Shown here in pieces: positions 1 to 11,250 of a stretch of DNA of 32,000 bases. The notes beneath the pieces were generated by a model that saw only the letters and a list, made by a program, of their open reading frames with translations, was not told the origin of the DNA and did not search any database. The position numbers were made by a program, and so were the translations under genes. The stretch's first letter is position 1, and each line of letters starts with the position of its first letter. Source of the stretch: Dickeya solani IPO 2222 (GTDB lineage: Bacteria > Pseudomonadota > Gammaproteobacteria > Enterobacterales > Enterobacteriaceae); assembly GCF_001644705.1 (NCBI RefSeq), contig NZ_CP015137.1:4410001-4442000 (forward strand), read 5' to 3'.

Positions 1-1
1 A

Positions 2-229
2 CTGCAACAGCGCGAGGACGGGCCCTTTGTGGCGAGGCTGGCGCGGGAGCCGGGCAAGCGTGAAAGCCGGTTCATGCATCTGTTCAGCGGCGAGGTGGCG
101 GATGTCGCGCCCACTGATCCAGTCGATGAACCGGCCGAAGGCGGGCTGGCCGCGCGGGTTTCCGCACTCGAAAACGAGGTCGCTGAGTTGCGAGCACAAC
201 TGGCCGCGCTACAGGAACGCCTCGCCTGA
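2..229 (+). CDS. yceH: YceH (DUF480 family) protein, C-terminal fragment; the 5' end lies upstream of the window
   Basis: The frame is open from the window edge (phase of nt 2) to TGA at 227-229. The translation ...[29 protein letters not shown]...[21 protein letters not shown] matches my recollection of the enterobacterial YceH C-terminus. It lies upstream of mviM-murJ, as in E. coli. Confidence 0.85.
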   Translation: MQQREDGPFVARLAREPGKRESRFMHLFSGEVADVAPTDPVDEPAEGGLAARVSALENEVAELRAQLAALQERLA

Positions 230-265
230 CGGCGACCTGAATGCAGCACGTACCGGAGCGATAGC

Positions 266-1189
266 ATGAGATTATTACGTATCGGGGTGGCCGGATTGGG
301 CGATATCGCCCGCAAGGCGTATTTGCCGATCTTGTCACAGGCTGAGCACTGGCAACTGGCGGGCGCCTGGTCGCCGGGGCAGGAGCGGGCCCGGCAACTG
401 TGCCAGCAGTATCGTATTACTTGTTTTTCCTCTCTGGCGGCGCTGAGCAGCCAGTGTGATGCAGTGTTTGTACACAGCAGCACCGCCAGCCACTACGAGG
501 TGGTCAACACGCTGCTGTTGGCTGGCAAACACGTCTATGTGGATAAGCCGCTGGCGGAAACGCTGGCGCAGGCGGAAGAACTGGTGGCGCTGGCGGCCAG
601 CCGCAATCTGTTGCTGATGGTGGGGTTCAACCGTCGTTTTGCGCCGCTTTATCAACGGCTCAGGCAATTGCGGCCGGCCCCGGACAGCCTGCGTATGGAA
701 AAACACCGCAGCGATAATATCGGGCCGCACCCGCTGGCGTTTACCCTGCTGGATGACTATTTGCACGTGGTGGATACCGCCCTGTGGCTGGCGGAAGCGC
801 CGGATGCGCCGGCCACGCTGTGCGGCGGCCTGCTACGCTGCAACCCACAGGGGCAGTTGATTTACGCCGAGCACCAGTTCCAGAACGCTCATGGGATGAT
901 CACCACCAGTATGCACCGTCAGGCCGGCAGCCAGCGTGAAAGCGTACAACTGGTCAACGATGGCGGCTGGTATCAGGTGGATAACCTGCGCGAGTGGCGT
1001 GAAGAGCGCGGCGGCACGGTGTCGCTGCATCCGGCGCCGTCCTGGCAGAGCACGCTGGAACAGCGTGGTTTTGCGGGCGCGGTCCGGCATTTTATCGACG
1101 CGGTAGTTTCACACACGCCGCCGTTAACCTCCGGCGATCAGGCGTTGCGCGCGCAACGGGTGATCGAGACGTTAGTGAGAAAACGCTGA
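266..1189 (+). CDS. mviM: Gfo/Idh/MocA-family oxidoreductase MviM/YceM
   Basis: 307 aa with ATG at 266 and GGAG 7 nt upstream. The N-terminal Rossmann motif is MRLLRIGVAGLGDIARKAYLP. It is colinear with E. coli YceM (DAVFVHSSTASH, VDKPLAE, MVGFNRRFAPLY, TLLDDYLHVVDTALWL) and sits in the conserved position before murJ. Confidence 0.93.
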   Translation: MRLLRIGVAGLGDIARKAYLPILSQAEHWQLAGAWSPGQERARQLCQQYRITCFSSLAALSSQCDAVFVHSSTASHYEVVNTLLLAGKHVYVDKPLAETLAQAEELVALAASRNLLLMVGFNRRFAPLYQRLRQLRPAPDSLRMEKHRSDNIGPHPLAFTLLDDYLHVVDTALWLAEAPDAPATLCGGLLRCNPQGQLIYAEHQFQNAHGMITTSMHRQAGSQRESVQLVNDGGWYQVDNLREWREERGGTVSLHPAPSWQSTLEQRGFAGAVRHFIDAVVSHTPPLTSGDQALRAQRVIETLVRKR

Positions 1190-1380
1190 AAAAACCGGCG
1201 GCCATCGGGCATCCGTGTGGCTATTGGCGGTGCAATCGACTAGGCTGTGTGCCGCGATAGCCGGTGCGGCGGCACGGGTCAGAGTCAGTACTTCTGCTGC
1301 CGTTACGGGTTATCACGGGCGGGTTGACCGTCGTGGACATGGCGGACGACCCGGTTTTCCCCGCCATCCCTCTCTTTCCC

Positions 1381-1412
1381 ATAGTCAGAATAACTGATAG
1401 TCAGAACAACTG
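1381..1412 (+). repeat. Tandem 16-nt direct duplication (ATAGTCAGAATAACTG / ATAGTCAGAACAACTG) abutting the murJ start codon
   Basis: Read directly: two adjacent 16-mers differ at one base and end 1 nt before the murJ ATG (1414). Confidence 0.9.
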
Positions 1413-1413
1413 A

Positions 1414-2949
1414 ATGAATCTACTGAAATCACTGGCTGCGGTCAGTTCCATGACCATGCTTTCCCGTGTGCTGGGGTTCGCGCGTGACGCGATCGTCGCC
1501 CGCGTGTTCGGCGCCGGTATGGCGACCGACGCATTTTTTGTGGCGTTCAAGCTGCCGAATCTGTTGCGGCGAATTTTTGCCGAAGGCGCGTTTTCCCAGG
1601 CGTTTGTACCGATTCTGGCGGAATACAAGAGCCAGCAGGGCGAGGAGGCGACACGCACCTTTCTGGCCTATGTGTCCGGGATGCTAACGCTGATACTGGC
1701 GCTGGTGACGGTAGCCGGGATGCTGGCCGCGCCCTGGGTGATCATGGTGACCGCGCCGGGGTTTGCCTCGACGCCGGAACGCTTTGAGCTGACCTCGGCG
1801 CTGCTGCGGATTACCTTTCCCTATATTTTGCTGATTTCGCTGACGTCGATGGCGGGGTCGGTGCTGAACACCTGGAACCGCTTTTCGGTGCCGGCGTTTG
1901 CGCCTACCTTACTGAACATCAGCATGATTGGTTTTGCGTTGCTGGGCACCCGCTGGTTTAACCCGCCGGTGATGGCGCTGGGCTGGGCGGTCGTGGCCGG
2001 CGGGGTGTTGCAACTGGGCTACCAACTGCCGCATCTGAAGAAAATCGGCATGCTGGTGCTGCCGCGTATCAAGTTCCGCGACCCCAGCGTCAGCCGGGTG
2101 ATGAAGCTGATGGCGCCGGCGATTCTCGGTGTGTCGGTCAGCCAGATTTCACTGATCATCAACACTATTTTTGCGTCGTTCCTCAGCCAGGGCGCGGTGT
2201 CCTGGATGTACTACGCCGATCGGCTGATGGAGTTTCCGTCCGGCGTGCTCGGTGTGGCGCTGGGGACGATTCTGCTGCCGTCATTGTCGAAAAGCGTTGC
2301 CAGCGGTAATCAGGAAGAATATTCCCGGCTGTTGGACTGGGGACTGCGGCTCTGTTTCCTGCTGGCGCTGCCGGCCACGGTGGCGCTGGGGCTGCTGGCC
2401 AAGCCGCTGACCGTGGCATTGTTCCAGTACGGTAAATTCAGCGCGTTTGACGCCCTGATGACCCAGCGTGCGCTGGTCGCTTACTCGATCGGGCTGATGG
2501 GGTTGATTCTGGTAAAAGTGCTGGTGCCGGGTTTTTACGCACGGCAGGATATTAAAACGCCGGTGAAAATTGGCCTGGCGACGCTGGTGATGACCCAGGT
2601 GATGAACCTGATATTTATTGGCCCGCTGCAACATGCCGGGCTGTCGCTGTCGATTGGTCTGGCGTCCTGTATCAACGCCGCGCTGTTGTTCTGGCAGTTG
2701 CGTCGTCAGCGCATCTTTGAACCCCAGCAGGGCTGGACGGCGTTTCTGATCAAACTGGTCGTTGCGGTCATTGTCATGTCCCTGGTCCTGATCGCCCTAT
2801 GCCTGTGGATGCCGCCCTGGGAGCAGGGCAGCATGACCGCGCGTCTGTTGCGTTTGTCGGCGGTGGTTGTCGCCGGCGCCGGCAGTTATTTCGCCTGCCT
2901 GGCCTTGCTGGGCTTCCGCCTGAAAGATTTTTCCCGCCGGAGTATTTGA
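1414..2949 (+). CDS. murJ: Lipid II flippase MurJ (MviN)
   Basis: 511 aa. It is near-identical over its length to my recollection of E. coli MurJ ([70 protein letters not shown]...) and has a multi-TM profile. Confidence 0.98.
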   Translation: MNLLKSLAAVSSMTMLSRVLGFARDAIVARVFGAGMATDAFFVAFKLPNLLRRIFAEGAFSQAFVPILAEYKSQQGEEATRTFLAYVSGMLTLILALVTVAGMLAAPWVIMVTAPGFASTPERFELTSALLRITFPYILLISLTSMAGSVLNTWNRFSVPAFAPTLLNISMIGFALLGTRWFNPPVMALGWAVVAGGVLQLGYQLPHLKKIGMLVLPRIKFRDPSVSRVMKLMAPAILGVSVSQISLIINTIFASFLSQGAVSWMYYADRLMEFPSGVLGVALGTILLPSLSKSVASGNQEEYSRLLDWGLRLCFLLALPATVALGLLAKPLTVALFQYGKFSAFDALMTQRALVAYSIGLMGLILVKVLVPGFYARQDIKTPVKIGLATLVMTQVMNLIFIGPLQHAGLSLSIGLASCINAALLFWQLRRQRIFEPQQGWTAFLIKLVVAVIVMSLVLIALCLWMPPWEQGSMTARLLRLSAVVVAGAGSYFACLALLGFRLKDFSRRSI

Positions 2950-2953
2950 TGTT

Positions 2954-2988
2954 ATCCATTCAGGCACCTTGATTGCGCCTGAATGGAT
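2954..2988 (+). terminator. 12-bp perfect stem-loop just after the murJ stop; weak or absent U-tract
   Basis: ATCCATTCAGGC (2954-2965) pairs with GCCTGAATGGAT (2977-2988) across an 11-nt loop. It is followed by GGGGTTTG, so it is not a canonical intrinsic terminator. Confidence 0.35.
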
Positions 2989-3013
2989 GGGGTTTGACAG
3001 GGTATTGCGGCAG

Positions 3014-3047
3014 AAAAAAGCCAGTCAGTTAACTGACTGGCTTTTTT
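3014..3047. terminator. Bidirectional rho-independent terminator shared by the convergent murJ and argS genes
   Basis: The sequence is AAAAAA-GCCAGTCAGTT/AACTGACTGGC-TTTTTT. The GC-containing palindrome is perfect and is flanked by an A6 run and a T6 run. It lies between two convergent stop codons. Confidence 0.88.
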
Positions 3048-3069
3048 ATTGCGATGAAGACGATGCGGA

Positions 3070-4800
3070 TTACATCTTCTCAACGGTCTGGATACCGAGC
3101 GTTTCCAGGCCGGTTTTCAGCGTTTTGGCGGTCAGCAGCGCCAGTTTGAGGCGGCTTTGACGTGTGCTGTCGCTGTCGGCGTTGAGGATCGGACAGTTTT
3201 CGTAAAAACCGGAGAACAGCCCGGCCAGATCGTACAGGTAAGCGCACATGACATGCGGCGTGCCGTCGCGAGCCACGGTGGTAACGGTCTCTTCGAACTG
3301 CAGCAGACGCGTCGCCAGCGCTTGTTCATGCTCGGCGGTCAGTACAATCGGCTGGGTCAGGCTGGCTTCTTCTACCCCGGCGCGTTTGAAGATCGATGAC
3401 ACGCGGGTGTAGGCATACTGCATATAGGGTGCGGTGTTGCCTTCAAACGCCAGCATGTTATCCCAGTCGAAGATGTAGTCGGTGGTGCGGTTTTTCGACA
3501 GGTCGGCGTATTTGACCGCGCCCACCGAGACCACTTGCGCCAGCTGTTCCAGTTCGGTGCGATCCATTTCCGGATTCTTGCCGGCAATCAGCGTCATCGC
3601 GCGTTCGTAGGCTTCGTCCAGCAGTTCGGACAGTTTGATGGTGCCGCCAGCGCGGGTTTTAAACGGCTTGCCGTCTTTACCCAGCATCATGCCGAACATG
3701 TGGTGTTCCAGGCTGACGGATTCCGGCACGTAACCGGCTTTACGCACGATGCTCCAGGCTTGCATCAGGTGTTGATGCTGGCGGGAGTCGATATAGTACA
3801 GCACACGGTTGGCGCCCAGTTTCTCATAACGGTATTTGGCGCAGGCGATATCGGTAGTGGTATAAAGGTAGCCGCCATCCTTTTTCTGGATGATGACGCC
3901 CATCGCTTCGCCTTCCTTGTTTTTGTACTCGTCCAGATAGACCACGATGGCGCCTTCGCTTTCCACCGCCAGCCCTTTGGTTTTCAGGTCCGCGACGATT
4001 TCCGGCAGCATGGCGTTGTAGAGGCTTTCGCCCATGACGTCATTTGGGGTCAGCGACACGTTCAGACGGTCATAGCTGTGCTGGTTTTGGATCATGGTGA
4101 TATCCACCAGCTTGCGCCACATTGAACGGCAATACTCGTCGCCGCTTTGCAGTTTCACGACGTAGCCACGGGCGCGTTCGGCGAAGACGGCATCTTCGTC
4201 GTAGTATTTTTTCGCTTCACGGTAGAACGCTTCCAGATCCGCCAGTTCCAGATCGCTGGTGGTGTCGTTTTGCACATCTTCCAGATGAGCAATCAGCATA
4301 CCGAACTGGGTGCCCCAGTCACCGACGTGGTTGGCGCGGATAACCTTATGGCCGAGGAATTCCAGAGTACGCACGGCGGCATCGCCAATGATGGTCGAGC
4401 GCAGGTTGCCGACATGCATCTCTTTAGCCACGTTGGGAGCCGAGTAGTCAACGACGATAGTTTGCGGCTCAACCGCAGAGACGCCCAGTTTTGGGGCGGT
4501 CAGCGCGTGTTCCAACTGGCCGGATAGCCATTGGGGGTCGAGAAAGATATTGATGAAACCGGGACCGGCAATTTCCGTTTTGACTGCAATGCCATCCAGC
4601 TGCAGCGTTTGTACTACTTTCTCGGCAAGCTGGCGCGGGGGCATGCCCAGTTTCTTGGCGGCCGCCATGATGCCATTTGCCTGATAATCACCAAATTGCG
4701 CTTTTGCTGACTGGCGAACCATTGCTTCGCTGTCAGCGGGCGCGCCCGCCGTAATCATTGCCTGATGGACTTTTTCTGAAAGAAGAGCCTGAATATTCAC
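3070..4800 (-). CDS. argS: Arginine--tRNA ligase (ArgRS)
   Basis: 576 aa with a GTG start at 4800. It is colinear with E. coli ArgS ([11 protein letters not shown]..., [71 protein letters not shown]). The HIGH-type motif reads HVGN (see findings). Confidence 0.98.
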   Translation of the reverse strand: MNIQALLSEKVHQAMITAGAPADSEAMVRQSAKAQFGDYQANGIMAAAKKLGMPPRQLAEKVVQTLQLDGIAVKTEIAGPGFINIFLDPQWLSGQLEHALTAPKLGVSAVEPQTIVVDYSAPNVAKEMHVGNLRSTIIGDAAVRTLEFLGHKVIRANHVGDWGTQFGMLIAHLEDVQNDTTSDLELADLEAFYREAKKYYDEDAVFAERARGYVVKLQSGDEYCRSMWRKLVDITMIQNQHSYDRLNVSLTPNDVMGESLYNAMLPEIVADLKTKGLAVESEGAIVVYLDEYKNKEGEAMGVIIQKKDGGYLYTTTDIACAKYRYEKLGANRVLYYIDSRQHQHLMQAWSIVRKAGYVPESVSLEHHMFGMMLGKDGKPFKTRAGGTIKLSELLDEAYERAMTLIAGKNPEMDRTELEQLAQVVSVGAVKYADLSKNRTTDYIFDWDNMLAFEGNTAPYMQYAYTRVSSIFKRAGVEEASLTQPIVLTAEHEQALATRLLQFEETVTTVARDGTPHVMCAYLYDLAGLFSGFYENCPILNADSDSTRQSRLKLALLTAKTLKTGLETLGIQTVEKM

Positions 4801-5026
4801 CGGTTTACCCTAAATGACGAATCAAGCCTTTCTTTATACCATATTTGGGTTGTGTAGTCAGCAGAGCACCATGACAAGCGCCCCTGGCGGGGCGTCAATA
4901 AAAATAAAGCAATTCATTCGATAATGCGGCGAGATACCTGCTGCCATTATCGATAATAAAATTTAAGGTGAAAGGCGCGGCTTTCCGGCAAGCCTGAATA
5001 GCGGAAGGGGAGTATTAATAAAAAAC

Positions 5027-5143
5027 TTAACGTCGTTTGTGTCGACGGTCCGTGCTCAGTCGAGTGCTCTGCATTGTTTTAAAATGACGGAACAGTGAAT
5101 AACCGGCAATGACAACTAACATAGAGAAAGTTATTAGCAACAT
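5027..5143 (-). CDS. Hypothetical 38-aa small membrane protein: one TM helix plus a strongly basic tail (the track ORF extends to a TTG at 5215)
   Basis: The ATG at 5143 is preceded by AAGGG about 8 nt upstream. The sequence is MLLITFSMLVVIAGYSLFRHFKTMQSTRLSTDRRHKRR. The TTG start at 5215 has no Shine-Dalgarno (SD) sequence. The ORF sits in a very AT-rich spacer. I recognise no homology, so the call rests on ORF shape only. Confidence 0.25.
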   Translation of the reverse strand: MLLITFSMLVVIAGYSLFRHFKTMQSTRLSTDRRHKRR

Positions 5144-5501
5144 GGTAAATGCCCTTTGGTCATTTAGTGGAGATTGGGTAGTTTCGAAGTTATCCGTTTT
5201 TTGTTTATTTCTCAATGTTACAGAGAATATTTAAGAATACTCTCATCGGGTTTTTAAATTCATTAAAAATCAATACATTGTAATTTTTATTATATTTCTG
5301 TCATTTTGTTAACAGTATTTGTTGTTATTATTCTTTGATTGAAATGAAGTTTGTCTGCCGTTGCAAATAATGGCATGAAAAGACAAGAAAGTCGGTTAAT
5401 GCCAGCATGGTATGATAGCAAAGTCGCAAAAAGATGGAGGTTATTTCTGTCTATGTTAAATTAGAGTGGATAAACTATTTATTCAGGTTAATGAGGAAAT
5501 A

Positions 5502-6074
5502 ATGACCGCTTTGTTACCGTCGACGCTTCCCCCCTCCTTATTGAATGACCTTTCCCGTTTTGAAACTGAACTTCAGCAACTCGCGCAGCAGCTCGAACTT
5601 GACCTTGCCGCGTTTGACGCCGACCACATTTCTCTGCGCTGTCATCAGAACAGTACGGCGGAGCAATGGCGTACGGCGCTGCTGGCCTGTGGGTCGTTGC
5701 TGTCGGAAAACATGATTAACGGCCGGCCTATCTGCCTGTTTACCCTTCATCAACCGTTAACAGTGGGACCGTGGCAAATTGATTGCGTGGAACTGCCGTG
5801 GCCGGGTAGTAAACATTATCCGCATGAAGGGTGGGAACACGTAGAGCTGGTATTGCCCGGCGACCCGGCCACTTTACATCCCCGTGCGCTGGCCTGCTTA
5901 CCGGATGCAGCCCTGACCGCTCCCGGTATTAAACTGAAATTCAGTCATCCGCAGGGTGAACATGAACGCCTGCCCAATCCGACGCTGGCGGTGACTAACG
6001 GGCGGGTCACGCTGAAATTTCATCCCTATCGCATTCAGGAGATTGTGGCCAGCGAACAGTCGGCTGGTCAGTAG
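5502..6074 (+). CDS. yecM: YecM (VOC/glyoxalase-fold family) protein
   Basis: The conserved position is argS-divergent, upstream of cutC. I chose the internal ATG at 5502, preceded by GAGGA, over the GTG at 5466, giving about 190 aa (E. coli YecM is about 188 aa from memory). Assignment is by synteny, size and general similarity. Confidence 0.85.
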   Translation: MTALLPSTLPPSLLNDLSRFETELQQLAQQLELDLAAFDADHISLRCHQNSTAEQWRTALLACGSLLSENMINGRPICLFTLHQPLTVGPWQIDCVELPWPGSKHYPHEGWEHVELVLPGDPATLHPRALACLPDAALTAPGIKLKFSHPQGEHERLPNPTLAVTNGRVTLKFHPYRIQEIVASEQSAGQ

Positions 6075-6277
6075 GTTAGCTCGCTGTCTTGTAAATTGTG
6101 TGATGTGTCATATTCCACGCCCAAATCCTGTCGCCAGTGTGACACGCCTCTCTCCACCGCTGGCGAGGGGATGCCAGTATTAGGCGTGCATTACGCCCTT
6201 ATCGTGATGCACGGGTAATTCTTTCGGAAATGCGGTGTTTTTCCGGTTTTGTTATTTTTTGGCACGGGAGGGTGGGT

Positions 6278-7042
6278 ATGCCAATGTTGGAGGTCTGCTG
6301 TTATAGCCTGGATTGCGCGCTGACGGCACAGCAGGCGGGAGCTGATCGGGTAGAACTCTGCGCTGCGCAACGTGAGGGCGGTTTGACGCCTGGGTATGGC
6401 GTATTGCGACAGGCGCGGGAAACGCTCGTCATTCCGGTGCACCCGATGGTGCGGCCGCGTGGGGGCGACTTTTGTTACAGTCATCAGGAGTTTACGGCGA
6501 TGCTGTATGACATCGATCAGATCAGGTCGATGGGGTTTCCGGGGTTGGTGGTGGGGATTCTGGATGAGGAAGGGCATATTGATATGGCGCGTATGCGGCA
6601 GGTTATGGCACGGTGCGAAGGGCTGGCGGTAACGTTCCATCGTGCGTTCGACATGTGCCTGAACCCTCGTCTGGCGCTGAATCAGCTGGCGGATTTGGGC
6701 GTCGCCCGCGTACTGACTTCCGGCCAACAGCAAAGCGCCGAAAATGGGTTAACATTGTTACGGGAACTTAATGCGGCCAGTTGTGGTCCTATCATTATGG
6801 CAGGAGCGGGTGTACGACTGACCAACCTGCATAAGTTCCGCGCCTGTGGTATTCAGGAATTGCACACCTCGGCAGGCCAATGGTTGCCATCGCCGATGCG
6901 TTATCGCAAATTGGGTGTCACACTCTGTTCCGAAACTGAAATGGATGAATTCCAGCACTACTGTGTTGATGGTGATGTCGTGGCGGCCATGAAAAACGCC
7001 TTGAGCCCGGAACCGGCTCCCTCTGCGACATCCGCCTCCTAG
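6278..7042 (+). CDS. cutC: Copper homeostasis protein CutC
   Basis: The N-terminus [36 protein letters not shown] matches E. coli CutC ([30 protein letters not shown]). GGAGGG lies upstream of the ATG at 6278. The track ORF start at 6230 is an over-extension. Confidence 0.93.
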   Translation: MPMLEVCCYSLDCALTAQQAGADRVELCAAQREGGLTPGYGVLRQARETLVIPVHPMVRPRGGDFCYSHQEFTAMLYDIDQIRSMGFPGLVVGILDEEGHIDMARMRQVMARCEGLAVTFHRAFDMCLNPRLALNQLADLGVARVLTSGQQQSAENGLTLLRELNAASCGPIIMAGAGVRLTNLHKFRACGIQELHTSAGQWLPSPMRYRKLGVTLCSETEMDEFQHYCVDGDVVAAMKNALSPEPAPSATSAS

Positions 7043-7135
7043 ACCGTGCCTGCATAAGAGTTGGCACCGTCTGGTATGCTCCCGATGCCCTTTGCCGCGC
7101 AGCATTCCCCTTATCGGTCTGCTTGCGAGTACCAG

Positions 7136-7164
7136 GCCCCGACGGTGTTGTCGGGGCTTTTTTT
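7136..7164 (+). terminator. Rho-independent terminator downstream of cutC
   Basis: GCCCCGAC (7136-7143) pairs with GTCGGGGC (7150-7157) across a 6-nt loop, followed by T7 (7158-7164). Confidence 0.85.
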
Positions 7165-7356
7165 ATGCCCTTTAATGGCGCGTCGAGCGACCGCTTCATC
7201 ACCCGCTGTACGCCGCCGTTGTTGTACGTTGTGGTTATTACCGGACTGAATGTGATCACGCCCAGAAAATGTGTTGAATTGTTATGCGTTTATCTTTTAT
7301 CGCCCTGAGCTGGTGGTATGCTGCCGATTATCCCAACAGCCAAAAGGAATCCTGTT

Positions 7357-7614
7357 ATGCGTGGAATCGTTGTGCATCATGAGCATCGCATTGGTTTCAT
7401 CGTTATCCGCGATCCGGAAGACGGGTTTATCGTCGCTAAGTTGCTGGACATTTATGAAGTGGAAAGGGGAGATGCGATAACCGGCGATTTCCAGATCGTC
7501 GGCAATACGACGCTTTTTAATGAAACCAGCAGTCAGGATATTCACGTCGAGATCCAAAATACCGATATGACCGAGGACGCGGCCATTGAGCTGATCGTCA
7601 AAAATCGCAACTGA
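7357..7614 (+). CDS. Hypothetical 85-aa cytoplasmic protein (orphan)
   Basis: The ATG at 7357 has AAGGA 8-9 nt upstream. The product is MRGIVVHHEHRIGFIVIRDPEDGFIVAKLLDIYEVERGDAITGDF..., with alternating hydrophobic beta-strand-like patterns and no signal peptide or TM helix. It has its own intergenic context between the cutC terminator and cmoB. I recognise no family. Confidence 0.55.
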   Translation: MRGIVVHHEHRIGFIVIRDPEDGFIVAKLLDIYEVERGDAITGDFQIVGNTTLFNETSSQDIHVEIQNTDMTEDAAIELIVKNRN

Positions 7615-7699
7615 TTATTGGCATTATTGGGCGGAGTCGTCGCGTTGGTCTGGTGTGTTGACTTACGCGCGGCGCCGCCCTGACTTTGATGGTTCCCGC

Positions 7700-9450
<1,751 letters not shown>

Positions 9451-9487
9451 CTAGCAGAAAGAGAGGGCAAAGATGTATGAGAGAAAG

Positions 9488-9518
9488 ACGGTAAGGCGCA
9501 GTCAGCAGGCCTTACCGT
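9488..9518 (-). terminator. Candidate terminator hairpin downstream of yecN
   Basis: A 10-bp stem, ACGGTAAGGC (9488-9497) with GCCTTACCGT (9509-9518), closes an 11-nt loop. On the minus strand it is followed by CTTTCTCTC, a pyrimidine-rich but imperfect U-tract. Confidence 0.4.
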
Positions 9519-9533
9519 GGATACCGGGCGGGA

Positions 9534-9929
9534 TTAACGCAGGGTAAACACCAGATCCCAGGGCAGGTAGTAGAGGTTGAACAGAATCATCAGCAGCAAT
9601 GAAACATAGGTGGCCGACATACCGGAACGCCGCCAGTTCAGTTCACGGTGTCGCAGGCCGTAGTAGTGACACAACCGTCCGAGCAACAACATAATTCCGC
9701 ACAGATGAACCATCGCATTCATCGCTCCATTCATCTCCATCAGCACCAACAGAAGGCCGCCGATAGGGATGTACTCCACCGCGTTGCCATGGACGCGAAT
9801 GGCGGTTTGCAATTCGTAAAAACCGCCGTCGCCGTAGGCCACCCGGTACTGCATTCGCAGTTTCACCACATCAACCGACAATTTGACTAACAACAATGCG
9901 CTGAGCACCACATAAAGCGCGCTTACCAT
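9534..9929 (-). CDS. yecN: MAPEG-family inner membrane protein YecN
   Basis: 131 aa, hydrophobic, about 4 TM helices. Size and position between yecE and cmoA match E. coli yecN. Confidence 0.88.
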   Translation of the reverse strand: MVSALYVVLSALLLVKLSVDVVKLRMQYRVAYGDGGFYELQTAIRVHGNAVEYIPIGGLLLVLMEMNGAMNAMVHLCGIMLLLGRLCHYYGLRHRELNWRRSGMSATYVSLLLMILFNLYYLPWDLVFTLR

Positions 9930-10109
9930 TTTTCACTCCATTGCCTGACCAGAAGCGGCAGACGCTATCATAGCGTGTCTGTCGCCGACCTGTCGCCTGC
10001 ATAACACGAAGATATTGTAGGTGAAATTGGCGGACATCAAACGCTATTAATAAGAAATTGTGATAAAAGGCGCCGGCGATTTTTGCCCAATGTTTTTCAG
10101 CGTGGCGCC

Positions 10110-10922
10110 CTAAAATAGCGACGACTGCTGTGGCCAGTCCGGGCAGGGCGGCAGGCCGGAAATCACCGCGCTCAGATGCGGCCATAGCCGTTGCGCCAGC
10201 TCCGGCGCGCTGGCCGTACCGGCGGTGTGGATGAACAGATAGGGGGAATGCGCTTGCCATTCCGCCAGTTTGGCGAGCCAGGGCATGAACCAGCGCAGGT
10301 TGTCGTCCGGATCTTCACTGCCGATAAAACGGATCAGCGGTTCTTCGGCGGTGCGCACCACATGCAGCGGCACTTTCGGCTTTTTGCGCTGGGCGTCCCG
10401 CAGTGCGTCGCTGGTGGGGGCGGCATGATGTACCGGCCGGCTATCCATAATCACCCGGTTTAGCCCACGCTGATGCAACCCCTGATTAAGCTGGCGTTCT
10501 TCATCTCCCTTGGCGAAAAACAGCGGGTGGCGAACCTCTACGCCGTAACAGAACCCGCCGGGCAGTGAGGCCATAAACTGCCACAGGTCGTCCAGCCGAT
10601 CCGGACCAAAGGCGGAGGGGAGCTGTAGCCACAATTGACCGAGCCGGTGCTGGATCGGCTCCAGACAGCGAAAGAACTCCGTCACCAACGGCTGGCAATG
10701 ACGCAAACCGGCCTGATGGCTGATGCCGGAGGGAAATTTGAAGCAGAAACGGAAATCATCGTGGGTCATATCCCGCCAGCGCAGCACGGATTCTGCCGAC
10801 GGCAGCGCATAAAAGGTGGTGTTTCCCTCCACGCAGTTGAAGTAGCGGGCATAATCCGCCAGATCGCGCAGGCCCAGCCGGTTCCAGCCGGGATGTTGCC
10901 ACTGCGGTAAACCGATATACAT
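10110..10922 (-). CDS. yecE: DUF72-family protein YecE
   Basis: From the ATG at 10922, MYIGLPQWQHPGW...FNCVEGNTTFYALP...DDFRFCFKFP...YGVEVRHP.FFAKG...DAQRKKPKVP...PQQSSLF is colinear with E. coli YecE. The track start at 11051 is an over-extension. Confidence 0.93.
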   Translation of the reverse strand: MYIGLPQWQHPGWNRLGLRDLADYARYFNCVEGNTTFYALPSAESVLRWRDMTHDDFRFCFKFPSGISHQAGLRHCQPLVTEFFRCLEPIQHRLGQLWLQLPSAFGPDRLDDLWQFMASLPGGFCYGVEVRHPLFFAKGDEERQLNQGLHQRGLNRVIMDSRPVHHAAPTSDALRDAQRKKPKVPLHVVRTAEEPLIRFIGSEDPDDNLRWFMPWLAKLAEWQAHSPYLFIHTAGTASAPELAQRLWPHLSAVISGLPPCPDWPQQSSLF

Positions 10923-11250
10923 AAATCCTTGTCCCGATAGGTTTCTCTGCGAGTGAACGCTCTGAAACAGCAGGTCGCCATGACGGCTGACGTAACAGGG
11001 TTTTAGCATAATACCCCGCAATTGTGTAACCGACAGGCAAAAGCACGGCAAAAAGCAAAAAAGAGTATGCGGGGCGGCCCGCAGACCGCTACCATCGTAC
11101 TTATCGTTGTGGGGAAATTCCTTTATAATGCTCCCCTTTTTTCATTGGACTGTAATCCAGAAAAACCATGCCGACCGGTTCACAGACCCCGTATCGCCGC
11201 CAATTGGCGTGTGAAACAGGGCACCGGCGGCGGTGTAAAAGGACATCGTA

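Noticed and set aside
1215-1397. A 60-aa ORF in the mviM-murJ spacer.
   Set aside because: It has no SD, an Arg/Gly/Ala-rich composition typical of random GC-rich sequence, and overlaps the tandem 16-mers. There is no support for coding.
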